The notes beneath the pieces were generated by a model, which was not told where the DNA came from, made no database searches, and saw only the letters and a list, made by a program, of their open reading frames with translations. Made by a program: the position numbers and the translations under genes. A DNA stretch of 46,484 nt from Polyangiaceae bacterium (GTDB lineage: Bacteria; Myxococcota_A; Polyangia; Polyangiales; Polyangiaceae), in contig JANRKO010000052.1 in NCBI GenBank assembly GCA_033763455.1, positions 1-46,484 on the forward strand, given 5' to 3'. Shown here one piece after another: positions 27,755 through 37,470 of this stretch. How positions within the stretch are numbered: position 1 is the first letter of the stretch; the number at the start of each line of letters is the position of its first letter.

Positions 27755-28420
27755 CTATCGTTTCAGATTAACAACTACTCGATTATCACAGATTTCGCAA
27801 TTTTCACCCGGGGCAGCTGCACCCCCAACCATCAACACCGTCGATATAACGTCCCGCTGAGAGCGGCACCCCACTTTCTTAAAAATACGATTCCAATGGG
27901 TGGCGACAGTTTGGCGTGCACACCCAAGTTCGGAAGCTGCCTCGTCATTGTTAAGGCCTTCAAGGGCGCAGCGCAGCAAGTCCCGCTGTTTAGCACTCAG
28001 CCTATACCTAGAGACGATGTTCTCGATGGAGGGCAGGGGGAGTGATTTGCCTTCTGTACGCGCCCGAGACCTAATAAGTAATTGCACGAGAAGCGCCCAT
28101 TGCGCTGGCTCGCCGGGAGCAGGCCCAACGAAATCGAAGACGTCCCATGCTTTGAGCACGTCGCAGAAACAGAGCGATCCGAGGAGCGCCATCGTGCGAG
28201 AACCACAGGGCTCGTGAAATTCCCCGGCCTCGCTCCATCGAAGGGTGGTGGTGTCAGTGAAAACCACTTCAAAATCCGCCCGTTCGCGGTTCAGGGCGCT
28301 CTGCCACAAAGCAGTCTGGGCGACGCGGAACCCACCGGCACGTATGGCTTTCGACCAAGCGCCCCGCGTTGCCTCGCAGCCACTCACAACGTGAACCAGA
28401 ACGTCACCACCGCTTCTCAT
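27755..28420 (-). CDS. LuxR-family HTH regulator with degenerate N-terminal domain
   Basis: LSAKQRDLL..ALEGLNNDEAASELGCARQTVATHWNRIFKKVGCRSQ. Confidence 0.85.
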   Translation of the reverse strand: MRSGGDVLVHVVSGCEATRGAWSKAIRAGGFRVAQTALWQSALNRERADFEVVFTDTTTLRWSEAGEFHEPCGSRTMALLGSLCFCDVLKAWDVFDFVGPAPGEPAQWALLVQLLIRSRARTEGKSLPLPSIENIVSRYRLSAKQRDLLRCALEGLNNDEAASELGCARQTVATHWNRIFKKVGCRSQRDVISTVLMVGGAAAPGENCEICDNRVVVNLKR

Positions 28421-28657
28421 CCTTCGTCTTCCTCCCGCAAGCCCATTTAGACTGCGATGGGCTCCGCCGCAACCCTAGCGGGATTTGCTGACCGGCGAAC
28501 CGGGATCGCGGCCAACAATCGACTCGGCGACGGGTATCCTGAATTCCCATCTGGATTCCGATAACGTCTTGCTCGTGGCCGACGAATCCCAGGCGGGTGG
28601 CGCCGTCGCTGCCGATTTCGAGTGCCCAACAGAGTAGTCGGCCTTCATAGCGTGCGG

Positions 28658-28673
28658 TGTGAGTTTGTTCACA
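28658..28673. promoter_or_regulatory. CRP/FNR-family consensus binding site
   Basis: Perfect TGTGA-gtttgt-TCACA in the divergent intergenic region, with extra TGTGA half-sites downstream. Confidence 0.55.
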
Positions 28674-28891
28674 CGCATATCGCATGTTTGTGACCAAACG
28701 CATGTATCAACGTGGCTTTCACGATTCCTAGCCAGCACGAATTGTGATCAAAAGAGGGACTTGTAGCAAATGTGAACCCCACATAAACGAAGGTGCACTC
28801 GCTGCTTCCAGCGCGAACCCCCGGAACGCGAAGCAAAACGGTGTTGCTGCTGGGGCAAATAAAGAGAGAAATCAACCGAAAGGAACGCTAA

Positions 28892-29206
28892 ATGAAAAGT
28901 TTAAGTATCATACTACTAGTGACTTCTCTGCCCTTGGGCGGATGCTCCGCCGCACAGGACGGCTACGTGGAGGATGCACCAGGTACTGTGTCGTCGCCGC
29001 TTGTGGCCCTGGACGACGCGAAGGTGGTAACGGCTACCAACAAGGCGAACCGGGCTCCCGTTAAGGTATCTCCGACCGGAGCCAAGTTCGCGGCCACGAT
29101 TGTCGAGCCTGGTGCGGACCTGGCCACGTCCGATGACGTTGGCGTTGAGGTTGAAGCCAGCCCAGGCTCGAGGGAACTGACCGTCGTTAAGGGAGGATCA
29201 AAATGA
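28892..29206 (+). CDS. Small lipoprotein, unknown function
   Basis: AAGGAA RBS; lipobox LGGC; ATGA overlap with the next gene. Confidence 0.7.
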   Translation: MKSLSIILLVTSLPLGGCSAAQDGYVEDAPGTVSSPLVALDDAKVVTATNKANRAPVKVSPTGAKFAATIVEPGADLATSDDVGVEVEASPGSRELTVVKGGSK

Positions 29207-29700
29207 AACGGCATGCACTTAAGGTGGCAAGCGCCCTGGCTCTGGGGTTAGCGGCCGTCGGGTCCGCGAGCAACGCTTCGGCTTGGCTCAAGTTTAAGAA
29301 CAACACAGCGAATACCATCTGGACGAGTCACGCATGGGCCTCGACCAGCGGATTCGGCTGCGGCTACTGGGATGCGTGTGACAAGACCGATTCAAATGTT
29401 ACGGGTTATCGCGTCCGCGGCTGGTGGGCAATCGCCCCAGGCGGTATCGTGACAGTCCAGAGCGAGAACTTCGGAAACGCGTGGCATCAGTACTATGCAG
29501 AGGACGCGGTCGGCCACAAATGGAATGGGGGCGGCTACACATTTTTCACGCCGCACGCTAGCGCCTATGGCCATTGTGGGGATTTCACAGGCTTTGGAGA
29601 AGCCGCTTCCGACTTCACCGTACACCGGTGGCTGTCCACAAGCCGCTGTTGTGGCGTCACATGTTCTCCCGACAACTACACATTAACGTTTGTTCCCTAA
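29203..29700 (+). CDS. Secreted Cys-containing DUF1036-like protein
   Basis: GGAGG RBS; signal peptide ending ASA; L.F.N.T..TIW, RGWWAIAPG, YYAE..GHKWNG motifs; 6 Cys. Confidence 0.7.
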   Translation: MKRHALKVASALALGLAAVGSASNASAWLKFKNNTANTIWTSHAWASTSGFGCGYWDACDKTDSNVTGYRVRGWWAIAPGGIVTVQSENFGNAWHQYYAEDAVGHKWNGGGYTFFTPHASAYGHCGDFTGFGEAASDFTVHRWLSTSRCCGVTCSPDNYTLTFVP

Positions 29701-29823
29701 AAACAAATTGGTCTATAAGAAACAGCGCCTTACACCCCCTGTGTTCCGTGGCACGTGCCTGAATGACCGTGCCGCGGGCACTCCAAGATGCCGGGCACAT
29801 TCATCACGCAGGACCAGGAAACA

Positions 29824-30864
29824 ATGTTCCAAACGCTATCAAAAAGAAACTTGCTGCCAGTTCTTACAGCAGTCGTGCTGTCTGTCGCTTGCTCAAGGAC
29901 GCAGGCCTCGGAGGCCCGGAGTCTCAACCCGGTGGTAGCCAAATATGGGGACACATCGATCCGTCTCGATGAGTTGGATCGTGACCTTGGGTCGCAGCTT
30001 TTTGAACTGAGGAGCTCGGCGATCTTCGACAGGATAGTAGAAGATCAGGTGAATTGGGAGGCAAGAAAGCTTGGGATTACTCCCGATCAGTTCTTTCGCG
30101 CCGAGGCGAACAAGTTGACACGTGCCCCAGAGGAATCGGAACTAAGACGCGAGTACGACAAGCGGGTGCTCGCTGGCGACCAGCCCGTCGCTGCCACGTT
30201 TGAAGCCGCGCGTGACGAGATTCTCGATGAAATTGAGAATTCTCGCAGGACCACGGCCATGCGGGAATTGAGAGAAAAGCTTCTTGATCAAGCCCACGCC
30301 CAGATCGATCTGAATGCTCTGGGTAAAACTCGACCAGTTCTCGAAACCAAACGACCAAGCACGGGAAGCACCCACCCGAAGATAATCATTCACGAGTACG
30401 TGGACCTTACAAGTTCGTTCTGTGCAGACGCAAATCTAACGCTCCAAAAAGTCTTGACGGAGTTCGGAGATAATGTGCGAATCGTATTTAAGCAGAAGCC
30501 AGACCCGAAGAGTGCGCTTAGCAAGCAGGCAGCTGAGGCGGCACTCTGTGCTCAAGATCAGGGGCAATACACGTCGTACAGACAGGCGGTTTTTGAGAAC
30601 CAAGGGTCCTTGAGTCAAGAGCGTCTCCTAGCGCTGGCCGCCGAGGTCGGGATGGATCCCGATAAATTTGGGAAATGCGTCAAGAAGGAGGTTCATCAGA
30701 AACAGATTAGCGAGGACGTGCGTGAGGCAGCGGTGAACGGGTTCGAGGGAACCCCCGCGTTCTCCGTGAATGGCGTCCGGCTGTCCGGCGCGCACCCGTT
30801 TAGCACTTTTGCACGCCTAATCAGGTTTGAATTGGGCGAATACCCTGTTACAGCAACCAGGTGA
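29824..30864 (+). CDS. DsbA/thioredoxin-fold lipoprotein with SxxC site
   Basis: Lipobox VAC; EYVDLTSSFC, AAEAALCAQDQG, GTPAFSVNG..LSGAHP. Confidence 0.8.
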   Translation: MFQTLSKRNLLPVLTAVVLSVACSRTQASEARSLNPVVAKYGDTSIRLDELDRDLGSQLFELRSSAIFDRIVEDQVNWEARKLGITPDQFFRAEANKLTRAPEESELRREYDKRVLAGDQPVAATFEAARDEILDEIENSRRTTAMRELREKLLDQAHAQIDLNALGKTRPVLETKRPSTGSTHPKIIIHEYVDLTSSFCADANLTLQKVLTEFGDNVRIVFKQKPDPKSALSKQAAEAALCAQDQGQYTSYRQAVFENQGSLSQERLLALAAEVGMDPDKFGKCVKKEVHQKQISEDVREAAVNGFEGTPAFSVNGVRLSGAHPFSTFARLIRFELGEYPVTATR

Positions 30865-30923
30865 GCGTTGACCTGGCTTCGATCAACGGGCGGACGGGTG
30901 TTTCGCCGCAGGGCGCCCGTTAG

Positions 30924-33338
30924 ATGCTCACGGATTACGTCGGTGAGTGGCTTTCGTGTCCTCACTTTGGATCCCCGCGCCGGCGAAACGGTGCCAGGGA
31001 TTGTGTGTCGAAATGCCGTGTCTGGGACGGGCTGGGCTGGGCCCTCCTGGCCGTTGCGGGAATGTTATTCGATGGCAGCCTGGCCATTGCAGCCCTACCA
31101 CTCGGGTCGTCGGCTCAGTCGCGAGAGGAAATCACCAAACCGCTTGCCCTTTCGCCGTTAACCGCGATGTATCCGGAAGGAGCGTCGGGAGACGCGACTG
31201 TGGTTCTCGAGCTAACGGTTGATCTCGACGGAGACGCGACGTCAATCGTGGTGATCCAGGGTGATTCGCCATTTGCAGAAGAGGCGCAGATAGCGGCCTC
31301 GGCTTGGCGGTTTGAGCCCGCGAAACGGGGCGAAAAGCCCGTACCTGCACGGATTCGAGTAGGTGTGGAGTTCCGTCAACCATCCGAACCATCCTTTGAC
31401 GAAAGGCCCGTGGGCCAGCCAACGGTACGCGTGCCCAGCCAACCACAAAAGTCTCCGAGTGCGGCGCATGGGCTCGCCGTGACAGTGCAAGGCGACCGCC
31501 TCCGAAGTACCGCGACGGTGCTCAGTGCGCGAGAGATCCGGCTGACGCCAGGGGCTTTTGGGGATCCTTTGAGGTCCGTGGAATCGCTGCCTGGAGTTAC
31601 GCCGCTGCGAATGGGCCTGCCCTATTTCTACTTGCGTGGGGCCCCGCCAAGCAACACCGGTTACCTGGTGGACGGCATCCGCGTGCCCCAACTCTACCAC
31701 TTGATGTTTGGTCCGTCTGTGCTCCATCCGGGAGTGCTTGAGTCGGTCAATGTCTATCCCTCCGTGTACCCAGTTGAGTACGGCGGTTTCGCGGGCGGTG
31801 TGATTGCCGCAGAGACCAAGTCGCAGCCCGCAAACGCGCGTGAGGTGGATGTGAGGGTAGTCGACGCAGGCGCGCTCGTAAGCCAGGAGTCCACGAGCAC
31901 GAACTGGTCCGTTCTGGGTGCTGGGCGCTATTCCTACACGGGAGCCATCCTCTCGTTGGTTCAGCGCCAGACTGAGCTCGGTTATTGGGACTACCAAACC
32001 AAGGCAATCTATCAGTTAACTCCGAAGAGTCGCGTGAGCCTTTTCGCATTCGGGGGCGCCGACGTGCTAAAGAACGCCCCCGATTCAGCCAGCCAACACG
32101 CGCCCAAGCGAACAGTACTGGATTCGGCCTTCCATCGAGTCGCGTTGACCTACGAGCGTGAGTTGAAAGCCGCTCGACTCTCAGCGCGCGCATATGTTGG
32201 GCTGGATCGGAGTATCAACGGCCAGTTTGGAACCACCGAGCGCGTGGGGGAAACCCAGCAGGACTGGAAACTTAAGGATTCACTTTTCGGAGGCTCTGTG
32301 CGTCTCGATCAGACGTGGTCGCCGTCCGCGGATTTTCGAGTTGCGGTAGAAGGGCAGGCGGATAGCTATCACATTGTGGTTCCGCTCGGTGAAGATACGC
32401 GCCTGCAGGACCGCGTGGACCTGCGGCTCACATCTTGGACGGATGTGAAGTTGCGGGCTTCACCCAACATCACCGTGCAGCCTGGACTGCGAACAGACCT
32501 TTATGTTTCGGGAGTTCGGCACCCAGTGGCGCCAGATCCGCGGGCCATGGCGTGGTTCGATGTGGGAAGGGGGTGGAGTCTATTCAACGGCGTTGCGCTT
32601 ACCAATCAACCCCCGGGGTTTCTCGTCGTGCTTCCCGGTGTCCCGACTACGGGTTTGAACGGACCACTGCAGCGGTCGATCCAATCGGTGGCGGGGATTG
32701 AAGGGCACCCCGTGGAAAAACTCACGGCCAAATTCAGCCTTTATCAGAGTGCCTCGTTCAATCTCACAGATCCGTTTGCGATCGCCGCGCGCGACAACCA
32801 AGGTTCGGGCACCGGGAGCGCTGCCGCCGGACCTCCCCCGGAACCTACGACTACTTCCTCGCGAGTTGCTGAGCGCAGTTTCGGCCACGCCGCGGGGATC
32901 GAAGGTAAGATCGAGCGCCAATTCCATCACGGATATGGCGGATTTGTTTCCTATACGCTCTCCCGTTCAACGCGCACGTATGCGACCGGGCGAGAGCTTG
33001 CTGCTTATGACCGAACCCATATTTTCACCATCAGCGGCGCCGGTGACTTAGGACGACAGTGGCTCGGCGGGGCTCGGGGAACGGCATTCTCAGGCGTGCC
33101 CGCACAGAGCGTAGGCAAAAATCCTGCTAAACGGGCGCACCCCTCTTACCATGTAGATCTACGACTCGAGAAACGTTGGCCTCTTGCGGGTGGGGCTTCT
33201 TGGTCACTCATCTTCGAAGTGTACAATGCGACGTTCAGCAAGGATGTCGTAAGTTACACGTGTGCGGACGGAGCATGCGAGCTAGATGAAGAGGGGCCGA
33301 TCGTGATCCCGAGCGTGGGGCTACAAGGCGTTTGGTAA
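30924..33338 (+). CDS. TonB-dependent receptor with N-terminal TonB-C-like domain
   Basis: VVLELTVD..G..AWRFEPA..G.PV (TonB_C); plug PGAFGDPLRSVESLPGV..LRG..TGYLVDGI.VP.LYH; C-terminal PSVGLQGVW. Start uncertain. Confidence 0.85.
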   Translation: MLTDYVGEWLSCPHFGSPRRRNGARDCVSKCRVWDGLGWALLAVAGMLFDGSLAIAALPLGSSAQSREEITKPLALSPLTAMYPEGASGDATVVLELTVDLDGDATSIVVIQGDSPFAEEAQIAASAWRFEPAKRGEKPVPARIRVGVEFRQPSEPSFDERPVGQPTVRVPSQPQKSPSAAHGLAVTVQGDRLRSTATVLSAREIRLTPGAFGDPLRSVESLPGVTPLRMGLPYFYLRGAPPSNTGYLVDGIRVPQLYHLMFGPSVLHPGVLESVNVYPSVYPVEYGGFAGGVIAAETKSQPANAREVDVRVVDAGALVSQESTSTNWSVLGAGRYSYTGAILSLVQRQTELGYWDYQTKAIYQLTPKSRVSLFAFGGADVLKNAPDSASQHAPKRTVLDSAFHRVALTYERELKAARLSARAYVGLDRSINGQFGTTERVGETQQDWKLKDSLFGGSVRLDQTWSPSADFRVAVEGQADSYHIVVPLGEDTRLQDRVDLRLTSWTDVKLRASPNITVQPGLRTDLYVSGVRHPVAPDPRAMAWFDVGRGWSLFNGVALTNQPPGFLVVLPGVPTTGLNGPLQRSIQSVAGIEGHPVEKLTAKFSLYQSASFNLTDPFAIAARDNQGSGTGSAAAGPPPEPTTTSSRVAERSFGHAAGIEGKIERQFHHGYGGFVSYTLSRSTRTYATGRELAAYDRTHIFTISGAGDLGRQWLGGARGTAFSGVPAQSVGKNPAKRAHPSYHVDLRLEKRWPLAGGASWSLIFEVYNATFSKDVVSYTCADGACELDEEGPIVIPSVGLQGVW

Positions 33339-33674
33339 CCGTTCCTTCCGGAAGGGCAAACGAAAGCCGGCGCTCGGACGCGCCGTTCTCCCGCTTGCCC
33401 AACCCCAAGAATATTTCGGCTAACGCGCTAGCACCACCTCCCGATGATCGCCCCTCCCGTGGCTCCCGCTTCGGGAGACACTGGGTGAGGGGCAAGCTGC
33501 CGCTTCAAGCGGCAGCAGGGGTGGGCATCCAACCCAATCGGTGGGTCCCACTGCGAATGTCTTCGCTCGCCGCTGAATCAGAGGTCTCCTCGCGACGGCG
33601 GCCTTACGATCAGGATCTCCTCGCGACAGGCGCCCTGGAGTACTCGCAAAATTTCTGGTACTCCTCGCGGGCCA

Positions 33675-34048
33675 GCGCAGTTCAGGCTGCCGCTCGGGGG
33701 CTTTGGTCCCCGGGAGGAAAGTCCGGGCTCTATAGGGCAGGATGCCGGGTAACGCCCGGTGGGGGTAACCTCGAGGAAAGTGCAACAGAAAATAGACCGC
33801 CCGCACCGTTTCGGCGTTGCGGGTAAGGGTGAAACGGTGGAGTAAAAGCCCACCGCACAACTGGTAACAGTGGTGGCAAGGCAAACCCCATCCAGAGCAA
33901 GACCCCGTATGGGAGCGTTTGAGGGCTGCCCGCCCGAGCTCCTGGGTAGGTCGCATGAGGCATTCGGCGACGGATGTCCCAGATGAATGGTAGCCGTCCC
34001 ACGAAGGGCAACCGACGCGGGAAACAGAACCCGGCTTACGAACAGCGC
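33675..34048 (+). ncRNA. rnpB: RNase P RNA (type A)
   Basis: GAGGAAAGTCCGGGCTC, GAAAGTGCAACAGAAA, GGGTGAAACGGTGG, GGCAAACCCCA..GAGCAAG, AGATGAATG, ACAGAACCCGGCTTA; P1 pairing GCGCAGTTC/GAACAGCGC. Confidence 0.97.
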
Positions 34049-34053
34049 CGACC

Positions 34054-34088
34054 GTGCCAGTGACTCAACATCACTGGCGCGTCTTTTT
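34054..34088 (+). terminator. Probable intrinsic terminator of rnpB
   Basis: Stem GTGCCAGTGA-ctcaaca-TCACTGGCGC followed by gtcTTTTT. Confidence 0.6.
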
Positions 34089-34176
34089 GTGCGATGTACC
34101 CCCCAAACCAGTGAGCATCGCGCGACGTGCGCGCCATTGCGACCCGCACTCGGCCCGGCACAGCACCGGCCTGCGA

Positions 34177-35799
34177 CTACTGGGAGAAAAACTTGAAGGG
34201 CACGTTCACGGTGGTGCTCTCCGAAGTCGGCGGGAACTGCCACCCACGCACTCGCTGCTGGATGCAGGAAGCCAGGCCACGATAGCCAGGTGGATCCCCG
34301 GAGGTTGTCACGCCTTGAACACTTCCGGTGGTACCCACGGTGATTTGCACCGACACGCTTGCAGAGGGGGGCGCGTTGCGATCGCGAGAATCGAGCGCAG
34401 GCTGCCAGCATGCACGCTTCACGCTTCCGCTATACTTAGCCACAACTGCCTGAACGGAGCTGGCATCGAGCGGTGGGCCACCTGAAGTTGGCGGCCGAGT
34501 GCCCGCGGGGCCCCCAAGTGCTGGGCCACCCAACTTGAGCCCACCGAGGCCCTTGAGCGTCTCCGCAGGTTTCGCGGGTAGTTCCGTGGTCGCAGCGGAA
34601 GGCGCAGAGGTGCCGTTAGCCTTAGATGGTCGCTTGGATCTGGGCTGGCCTGGTTGCTCGCCTGGGTGATCAGCGTCCTCAGTGCCAGGTGCCTGTCCTG
34701 CACCAGGGTTCTGAGCCACGGTGGCTGCCTGAGCTGCGGCGCCAGGTTTCTCGATGTAGACAATTTCTTTGGTGTCGTCCGAAAAAAAGACAAAACCCAA
34801 TGTCAGCCCCACGCCCCCTGCCAAAAGCCCCAGAAAGGCGACCCACCCAACGTTGCTCTTTTGCTTAGGCGCAGGCCAATCGCTCGTGCTTGCCGTGGTT
34901 ACTGCACGACTGGTGTCGCTGTCAGTCGCCGAACTTGAAAAGGGATCGGCCATTACAACTTCGGGCCGTGCCGCCGCGGCTGCCGCAATTACCAGCGCTG
35001 CAGGTGCCGCTTGAATACTCGACAGCCCCTCCTCGATCACCGCTGCAAGCTCTGGGAACGAGCCAAGCGGCTTCCATTCCTCGAAGCCATCTTTCCAAAC
35101 CAAAGATTCGAGCCCAACCACTCCCGCCATAGCTTTGGCTCGAAGCTCACTCAGCTTGATGGGGCCGATGGGCGAACCATTGACGCCGACGAACCATTCA
35201 TCCGCCGACTGGGGTGGCGCTACCTCCGTAACGGCAACGGGCGCAGGCGTGGCTACGGCGGCGGAAAATGCCCCCGCAAGTCCACCGCCAAACACTGCAG
35301 CAGCTGGGGTGCGTTCGGCGGGGACACTGACTGAAACCGGCGGCTGCAATCGCACCGGTTCCGCTAAATCTGCGGCGACCGTGGGGTTGCTCAAGGTGGG
35401 ACCATCGGTGCGCCGAGGCGGAGGCGCCGTACCCCGGGGCGCGGAGGGAGCCGGCGGGCGCTTGGCAGGCGCTGGAACCGGTCGCACGCCGGGTACCGCA
35501 CCAACTGTGGGGCTCGGTACGCCAGGTGCGCCGCCAACTGTGGTGCTCGGTGCCCGCACGACCGGATTCGCCGGCGCTGGCTTGGGTGCGGCTATTATCG
35601 GCGCGTTCGGCGGGGCCACTTCCGTCGATGACGGAGGCTCGGCGTCCAGAGGCCCTGGCACCAAAGATGGCGGGGCGATGTTCTGCGCGACATCGATAAT
35701 TTCCCCACATTTTCTGCACTTAATCCGAACAGCACGCCCGACGACCTTTTCGTCCGCTATTTGGTACTTAGCCTTACAGTTTGAACAGAGGAATTTCAT
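34177..35799 (-). CDS. GltJ/AgmX-like protein: zinc ribbon + GYF_2 + TM + TonB-C-like (AgmX/PglI) domain
   Basis: MKFLCSNCKAKYQIADEKV..KCRKCG; WFVGVNGSPIGP..LVWKDGFEEWKPL; TM; VKRACW..CIQQRVRGWQFP..VNVPFKF. Confidence 0.8.
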   Translation of the reverse strand: MKFLCSNCKAKYQIADEKVVGRAVRIKCRKCGEIIDVAQNIAPPSLVPGPLDAEPPSSTEVAPPNAPIIAAPKPAPANPVVRAPSTTVGGAPGVPSPTVGAVPGVRPVPAPAKRPPAPSAPRGTAPPPRRTDGPTLSNPTVAADLAEPVRLQPPVSVSVPAERTPAAAVFGGGLAGAFSAAVATPAPVAVTEVAPPQSADEWFVGVNGSPIGPIKLSELRAKAMAGVVGLESLVWKDGFEEWKPLGSFPELAAVIEEGLSSIQAAPAALVIAAAAAARPEVVMADPFSSSATDSDTSRAVTTASTSDWPAPKQKSNVGWVAFLGLLAGGVGLTLGFVFFSDDTKEIVYIEKPGAAAQAATVAQNPGAGQAPGTEDADHPGEQPGQPRSKRPSKANGTSAPSAATTELPAKPAETLKGLGGLKLGGPALGGPAGTRPPTSGGPPLDASSVQAVVAKYSGSVKRACWQPALDSRDRNAPPSASVSVQITVGTTGSVQGVTTSGDPPGYRGLASCIQQRVRGWQFPPTSESTTVNVPFKFFSQ

Positions 35800-35874
35800 T
35801 CAGAATCGCTTTGAGCAGACAGGCTGTGGCGGCGGGCTTGGCTTTCGTGATGGACGCTCCACACCAGACGGCCT

Positions 35875-37380
35875 TTATACCAGACCCTGAAGGTGCGCCT
35901 GAATGGATTGGCGGGTGGCGTCGTCTGGCGCCAGGGTAAGCGCCTTTTCCCAAGTTTCCGAGGCTTTGTTCCGAAAGCCGGCTTTTACGTAGAGAATGGC
36001 TAGGTTTTTCACGGCTGGGAAGTGGGTGCCGTTGATATCAACAGCCGTTTCGAGCTCGCGAATAGCCTCGTACACTTTTCCTCGGCGCCCGTAGAGAAGC
36101 CCCAGGTGAAAATGGAGCCGGTAGGCCAGTGGGTCAATCACCAGACCGCGCTCAAGGTGCGCAATGGCCTCCTCCTCCCGACCGGCCTTGTAGGCGGCGA
36201 TCCCGGCCTCAAGTGCGCGCTCCACGTCGGTTGCCAAGCCTTCTTCGGATTCTCGGGAAGCCACCTCCGTGTGGTCGAAACAGGCCGATACTGCAGCAAG
36301 CAGGTCCCCGATGCGGAACGGCTTCTCGAGGAAGTGGTCAACGCCATAGCCGTGTTTGAGATCTTCCGCATAACGCCAACCTCTGTACACGGCGCTCACC
36401 ATGATGATGGGAATATGGCCATAGCGGCGGCTGCCCTTGATTCGCCGAGCAATCTCAAAGCCGTGTACCTCCGGGAGCATGGCGTCGAGCACGATCAGAT
36501 CCGGGGTGCGTTCCTTCACCATGCGAAGCGCGCGGAGGCCCGTCTCTGCCTCCATGACTCGAAAACCTCGGCTCTCAAGCAATCGACGCACCAGCTTCCT
36601 GATCTCGGTTTCGTCGTCCACCACGAGCGCCACTCTAGTGCCCGGGCTAACGGCTGACTCGAGCTCATGCTCGGGCAACGCCGTAACCACACTGAGCTCG
36701 CGGGATGTATCGCCGAAGCCGTCATCGCCATCGCCGTCGGTGCTCGAAAGATCTTGAGCGCTGTCGCTCATCACAAGGTTGGCGCCACCTGGCACGGGTT
36801 CGTCTGCCGCAGGCGGGTTCTCTTCCACTTCAAAGCCCTGGTGCAGAGAGACATTAGCCGTTGGCCGCAGGAACTTCCCGGCGCGATCAATCCCCAACTT
36901 CTGCAAGACATCGGCAGGACAACGCGGACCAACGTAGTACACCTCGCCCTGGGCTTTTCGCGCGTACGCCTCCGAAATCAGCTTCGCCAACGCCGTCGCG
37001 AGCGCGACGTAACAGTAGACTTTCTTGCCGGTAACGAATTCCAGCTCGTCCACCACATTGCGCTCCCCTGGATTCGCAAGCGCCACAAATATTCGCTCAT
37101 CCCTGATCAGCACTGGAACCAGCTGGTGCTTCTCGGCGATTTCCCGGGGCACCAAATCCAAGTGCTCTAGGTTGATGCACACTTGGCCCAGATCTATTCC
37201 GGGAATGCCATGTTGCTCGCTCAGCCCCTTGAGTGCGTCCGTCTCGGAAATAACCCCGGTGTGAGCCAAATGTGACGCAAGCCGGCCTTGCTTCTGCGAT
37301 CCAAGAGCGTCCTTCAGCTGGTCCCCACTGAGGGCCCGCTGTTGGAGCAGGATCTTGCCAAGTTGCTTCTTCTCCGACAT
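35875..37380 (-). CDS. MshEN/GspE-N + REC + TPR regulator
   Basis: QLGKILL...L..AL..Q..RLASHL..G.ISE..AL..Q; ALVVDD..VLDAMLP..EKPF; C-terminal TPRs. Confidence 0.82.
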   Translation of the reverse strand: MSEKKQLGKILLQQRALSGDQLKDALGSQKQGRLASHLAHTGVISETDALKGLSEQHGIPGIDLGQVCINLEHLDLVPREIAEKHQLVPVLIRDERIFVALANPGERNVVDELEFVTGKKVYCYVALATALAKLISEAYARKAQGEVYYVGPRCPADVLQKLGIDRAGKFLRPTANVSLHQGFEVEENPPAADEPVPGGANLVMSDSAQDLSSTDGDGDDGFGDTSRELSVVTALPEHELESAVSPGTRVALVVDDETEIRKLVRRLLESRGFRVMEAETGLRALRMVKERTPDLIVLDAMLPEVHGFEIARRIKGSRRYGHIPIIMVSAVYRGWRYAEDLKHGYGVDHFLEKPFRIGDLLAAVSACFDHTEVASRESEEGLATDVERALEAGIAAYKAGREEEAIAHLERGLVIDPLAYRLHFHLGLLYGRRGKVYEAIRELETAVDINGTHFPAVKNLAILYVKAGFRNKASETWEKALTLAPDDATRQSIQAHLQGLV

Positions 37381-37470
37381 CGGGACTACTGAACAAACAT
37401 AGCGCGCACCGAATCCCGCGGAAAGCGCGAGCTCGGGAGTTTCTCTTCCGGCCCGCAATTCGGCCTAGCC

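Noticed and set aside
33350..33400. c-di-GMP-I riboswitch-like GGGCAAAC..GAAA..GGACGC
   Set aside because: The P2 stem and the GCAAAGC segment cannot be formed, and no gene lies suitably downstream.
26013..33674. Genomic island integrated at rnpB
   Set aside because: No integrase and no duplicated rnpB segment (att repeat) seen.
33420..34411. ORFs overlapping rnpB
   Set aside because: Spurious frames over a structured RNA gene.
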